Source: Candidatus Helarchaeota ASGARD archaeon Hel_GB_B (GTDB lineage: Archaea; Asgardarchaeota; Lokiarchaeia; Helarchaeales; HEL-GB-B). From it: 19,610 bases of DNA. The first letter of the stretch is position 1. The number at the start of each line of letters is the position of its first letter. The stretch covers positions 1-19,610 of the forward strand of contig SUPR01000069.1 of the NCBI GenBank assembly GCA_005191425.1, given 5' to 3'. Both the position numbers and the translations under genes were made by a program. Positions 15,929-19,610 of the stretch are shown here, piece by piece. A model generated the notes under the pieces. It was not told the origin of the DNA and did not search any database. It saw only the letters and a program-made list of their open reading frames with translations.

Positions 15929-18900
15929 TTAAATAGGAAGTGGTAATAATTCTTCAGCTACGTATTCCTTTTTCTTTTCTTTTGATGTCATTCTTGTAAT
16001 AGTAATTACTGCGGATACTGCTCCAATAGCTGCGACAAGAATTATAACAATTATCATCCATGGAAATGGTTCACCAACAACATTATAGACATATGAATTA
16101 CTGATAGTAGTATGACCATATTTGTCCACTACAATTATTGTAAAGTTTACTGAAGCTCCAGCTGTTTGGCCTGGAATTTCTCCACTCCAGATTTGCGTAC
16201 CATTTGGATATTCCATTATCAATAGCATATCAATTATTCGAGGAGATTCGCCACTTACTGAATAACTTATATAGACTCTATCTATACCGCCAAGGTCATA
16301 CACAGTTATATTGATGACAACTGGATTACCTACAACTACGGATGTAGAGGGATATCGAATAGAATCTGGATAAATTATAGGATCTGTTGTATCTACAGTC
16401 AGCGTTATCATGTTAGAGAATGAACTCGAATGGTTTTTCTCATCAAATGCAATTATTATTATATAATAAAATCCATCCATAATATTATAGAATGAATAAG
16501 TTGTATTAAATCTACCAAATATTGTAGCATTTGCAGTTATACCAGAAACGCTTGTAAAGTTATAAGTTAAAATATAAATTTCATAATATGCTACATCTGC
16601 CCCATAACTACTATTTGAAGGAGAACCCCACATTAATGTTATATTTTCGCTACCATCGGCGGTTAAATTTAATAGATTAATTGGTGGATCAGGACTTATA
16701 GTATCATTTATTGTAATATTTATTGGAGATGAAAATAGACTTTCTTTGTAATATCTATCTATTGTAGTCACATAATATGACCATGGCCCATCAGGGACAC
16801 CATAATCAATAAAATTATATGTTGATGTCCCTAGATTATGGGCAATATATCCTACCAATATGTGAGATGTCCCACCGATTACATCTCTGTAAATATTATA
16901 TCCAGTTATGAAAGCATCGGGATTTGTTGTATTGTCTGTCCACTGCAGAAAGATGTCTCCATTACCATTATCATTTATTTGACTCCAAATTGGCGATGCT
17001 AAAACAATTGTATTATTAATTATATTTGATGGAGCCGATTGTTGAAATTTCTCGTCCATTGCAATTGCATAATAATAATATGTCCCTATTTGGAGGTCTG
17101 CATCTGGATAACTTGTTATTTCTAAGGTTGAACTATAATTTGCTGCTATCAACTCCCAAGGACCTGCACTACTGATATTTGACCTGTAAATATTGTAATA
17201 CATTACGTCTTTATCAGCAGGCTTTTGTATTAATATAATCACCAATCTTCCAATTGCTGGTTGTGGAATTAAGGTCGGTGGCCCAGGTGGCTTTATATCT
17301 ATAGGAGTACCATTAAATTGTTCACTTGGATTTCCTTCATTTTCTTCTTCGTCTACTGCAGTGACTCTATAATAATACATAGTATATTCAGTTAGCCCTG
17401 TGTCATAATATGAATTACTACTTGTTTGAGCAATTAAATTACCACTATTTGGAACAAAATTAGAAGTAGTGCTCCTATAAATATTGTAATGGTCTATATC
17501 ATTTTCCGGATTTATACTCCAGTTTATTATTAAAATATCACCTGTCCCTTCATTATAAGCATGGCCATTTGTTACATTTGAAGGAGCTATTATATCACCT
17601 GATGTTGAGTTAAAAGCAAACCTTGTGGTAGAATCCCCTGCTTCATCTGCTACTGCTATTTTGTATGAATATAGCATTCCGTCCAATAAATTTGCTTCAC
17701 TATCTATATACATTAATGTATTATTATCATAAATACTTTTTATTAAAGTTGACCCATCCGTTAAAAAGCTGGGGTTATATCCACTATACCGATAGATATT
17801 ATACCTATAGAAATCTGGTGGTGTTGAAGCAGTCCAAATTAACTTCATAGACCCATCATTTTGAGCCAATACTTTAAATGTATAAACTGAACTTGGTCTT
17901 ACAGTATCTATAATATCAACAAATGCTTCATTTCCACCCGTTGCTATGTTATTATTTTCATCTACAGCTTTTACTTGATAATAATATCTTACCCCAGTCC
18001 CATTTAATGAAGGATCATAATCAAAATAAATTGTACCAGTAGTATTGCCAATATAATTTGAAGAATTAGGTGTGAATCCAGAATATGCTGACCTGAATAT
18101 CTTATAATACATTATATCAGGTGTCCCAGGTGATGTCCATGTTAACCTTACATACCCGCCAAGAATATTTGAAGCTGACAATGTTGTTACATTTGCAGGT
18201 GGTTTGTTATCGCCACTCGGGATTATTATTGGTGAATATTTTGGTGGCGCTGTTGAATTATATCCTACTTCATCATAAACCCTTATCTCGTAATAATATG
18301 CTACTCCATCAATTAAGTTATCACTTGAATCTGTCCAATAGTTTATTGACTTATTTAAAATCGTCTGAACCAAAGTAAAAGATCCATTCCTCCATATCTC
18401 ATACTTTACAAAGTCATTTTCTTGAGCTGCCGTCCAATTTAGATATATACTTCCATTTATGTTAACTGCTGAAAAGTTCTCAGGTTGTAATGGGGGTACT
18501 GTATCTTCAGGTTTGCCACTCTTCTGAGTTATTGGTGGTAAATAATTTCCATCATCGTCCACTGAAATTACTTTATAATAATAAGTTATCCCGTCTGTTA
18601 ATCCTGTATCTACATAGAATACTTTTGTATAAGAAACATTTGCAATGTTATTCTGAGAACTCGGTGTAAATCCAGGTGTTGTACTTCGATATATCCTATA
18701 TTCAAACATATCAGGTGCAGAAACATAATTCCAAGATATATTTAGTGTATTTCCAGTTGGAATTACTACTACTGTTAATGTTGTTATAGCACTTGGTGGT
18801 ATTGAATCTATTGGAATACCACTTTTAACTGTTGAATTCTCACCTTCATTTAGGACTTCATCTAAAGCCGATACTTTATACCAATATTTTTTACCATTTG

Positions 18901-19610
18901 TGAGGCCAATATCTAAATAATTGGTTTTATTTGTACTTATTATAAGAGTCCAATCTTCTGTTGTACTATTCCTATATAACCTATATTCTTGAAAATCACT
19001 GGCACTACTTGGGTTCCATGTTATATTTAATTTATTACCTTCTGGTAATACCGTTATTGGACTTGCGACCCAAGTAACCTGCGGAGGTGGTGTTATGTCC
19101 GTTGGAATTCCGCTTTCTATTGTCGAGTTCTGCCCTACATTTGGGACAGGACCACCATCGTCTACTGCCGCTACTTTATAATAATATTTCCTATTATCTA
19201 CAAGCCCGCTATCAGTATATGAAGTGGTCGAAAGAGACGCTATGAAAGCCCATGACTCCACTGTCGAGTTCCTATACAATAGATAATGGTCTAAATCGGG
19301 CGCTGAACTTGCATTCCATGATATCACTAACCGGTTCCCAGTACCTGGATTGGTCACCACCACATTTACTACTTGACTGGGCGCTACTGTATCTGCCGGA
19401 GTGCCGTTCACAATACTCGAAGCATTCCCTTCATTATTTTTCTCATCAAATGCAGTAATCAAATAATAATAAGTCATATTATCTGTCAGTCCAGTATCAT
19501 TATAATAAATATTTGTAGTTGAGTCTATAAAATAATTGGGCAACGCGGTCAGGCTTGGGTCTGTTGACCTATATATATTATAACCTGCTACATCGTCCAC
19601 TGTTATACTT
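15929..19610 (-). CDS. Large single-pass membrane surface protein with tandem fibronectin type III repeats (5' end outside the window)
   Basis: The frame stays open past the track's GTG (19600) to the window edge. It has 11 FN3-like units (first partial) of about 100 aa with a D-x2-PP...W...Y-x-IYR...DTGL...YYY-x-V-x-A-x-D pattern, then an Ig-like domain, a TM helix FPWMIIVIILVAAIGAVSAVITIT and a 21-aa tail. Confidence 0.92.
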   Translation of the reverse strand, partial: SITVDDVAGYNIYRSTDPSLTALPNYFIDSTTNIYYNDTGLTDNMTYYYLITAFDEKNNEGNASSIVNGTPADTVAPSQVVNVVVTNPGTGNRLVISWNASSAPDLDHYLLYRNSTVESWAFIASLSTTSYTDSGLVDNRKYYYKVAAVDDGGPVPNVGQNSTIESGIPTDITPPPQVTWVASPITVLPEGNKLNITWNPSSASDFQEYRLYRNSTTEDWTLIISTNKTNYLDIGLTNGKKYWYKVSALDEVLNEGENSTVKSGIPIDSIPPSAITTLTVVVIPTGNTLNISWNYVSAPDMFEYRIYRSTTPGFTPSSQNNIANVSYTKVFYVDTGLTDGITYYYKVISVDDDGNYLPPITQKSGKPEDTVPPLQPENFSAVNINGSIYLNWTAAQENDFVKYEIWRNGSFTLVQTILNKSINYWTDSSDNLIDGVAYYYEIRVYDEVGYNSTAPPKYSPIIIPSGDNKPPANVTTLSASNILGGYVRLTWTSPGTPDIMYYKIFRSAYSGFTPNSSNYIGNTTGTIYFDYDPSLNGTGVRYYYQVKAVDENNNIATGGNEAFVDIIDTVRPSSVYTFKVLAQNDGSMKLIWTASTPPDFYRYNIYRYSGYNPSFLTDGSTLIKSIYDNNTLMYIDSEANLLDGMLYSYKIAVADEAGDSTTRFAFNSTSGDIIAPSNVTNGHAYNEGTGDILIINWSINPENDIDHYNIYRSTTSNFVPNSGNLIAQTSSNSYYDTGLTEYTMYYYRVTAVDEEENEGNPSEQFNGTPIDIKPPGPPTLIPQPAIGRLVIILIQKPADKDVMYYNIYRSNISSAGPWELIAANYSSTLEITSYPDADLQIGTYYYYAIAMDEKFQQSAPSNIINNTIVLASPIWSQINDNGNGDIFLQWTDNTTNPDAFITGYNIYRDVIGGTSHILVGYIAHNLGTSTYNFIDYGVPDGPWSYYVTTIDRYYKESLFSSPINITINDTISPDPPINLLNLTADGSENITLMWGSPSNSSYGADVAYYEIYILTYNFTSVSGITANATIFGRFNTTYSFYNIMDGFYYIIIIAFDEKNHSSSFSNMITLTVDTTDPIIYPDSIRYPSTSVVVGNPVVINITVYDLGGIDRVYISYSVSGESPRIIDMLLIMEYPNGTQIWSGEIPGQTAGASVNFTIIVVDKYGHTTISNSYVYNVVGEPFPWMIIVIILVAAIGAVSAVITITRMTSKEKKKEYVAEELLPLPI

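Noticed and set aside
15929-15994. Endocytic sorting motif (YxxPhi or acidic dileucine) in the FN3 protein tail
   Set aside because: YVAE lacks the hydrophobic +3 residue, and VAEELL does not fit [DE]xxxL[LI] or DxxLL.
15077-19458. Short + strand ORFs 15077-15274, 17665-17850, 18121-18378 and 19252-19458
   Set aside because: Antisense shadows of the PH-like and FN3 genes with no motif or RBS support.
1-19610. CRISPR arrays, tRNA/rRNA genes, IS elements, integrases, and selenocysteine or pyrrolysine read-through
   Set aside because: No regularly spaced repeats, cloverleaf boxes, long GC-rich structured tracts, transposase motifs or split ORFs were seen.

Overview
Very AT-rich, gene-dense archaeal chromosomal window, most likely from an Asgard archaeon (Lokiarchaeia/Helarchaeales-like). 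This is inferred from two eukaryote-type small GTPases, a longin-like domain, an archaeal Cdc6/Orc1, an archaeal-type endonuclease IV and GGTGA/GGAGG ribosome-binding sites. In order: 3' end of an aldehyde:ferredoxin oxidoreductase-family gene (missed by the ORF track); a small MGRT-motif protein of the family normally found beside PolB2; a divergent acyl-CoA dehydrogenase; a CTP-dependent polyprenol/dolichol kinase-like membrane protein; an Lrp/AsnC regulator plus phosphohexomutase; a CxxC zinc-finger protein that appears to start at ATA; an Arf-like GTPase coupled to a longin-like + winged-HTH fusion, converging on a Rab-like GTPase; glmS; endonuclease IV overlapping tail-to-tail with cdc6/orc1; a 57-aa winged-helix protein; an MFS transporter; a 44-aa zinc ribbon (missed by the track); a PH/GRAM-like, Pro-rich, zinc-ribbon protein; and the 3' part of a large membrane-anchored fibronectin-III repeat surface protein. 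No rRNA, tRNA, CRISPR array or mobile element was seen. The best candidate for an undescribed system is 6142-7861: three helically phased direct repeats, an Arf-like GTPase, a longin-wHTH fusion and a Rab-like GTPase, which could link small-GTPase signalling to DNA binding. All family assignments come from motif recognition by eye; no searches were run.
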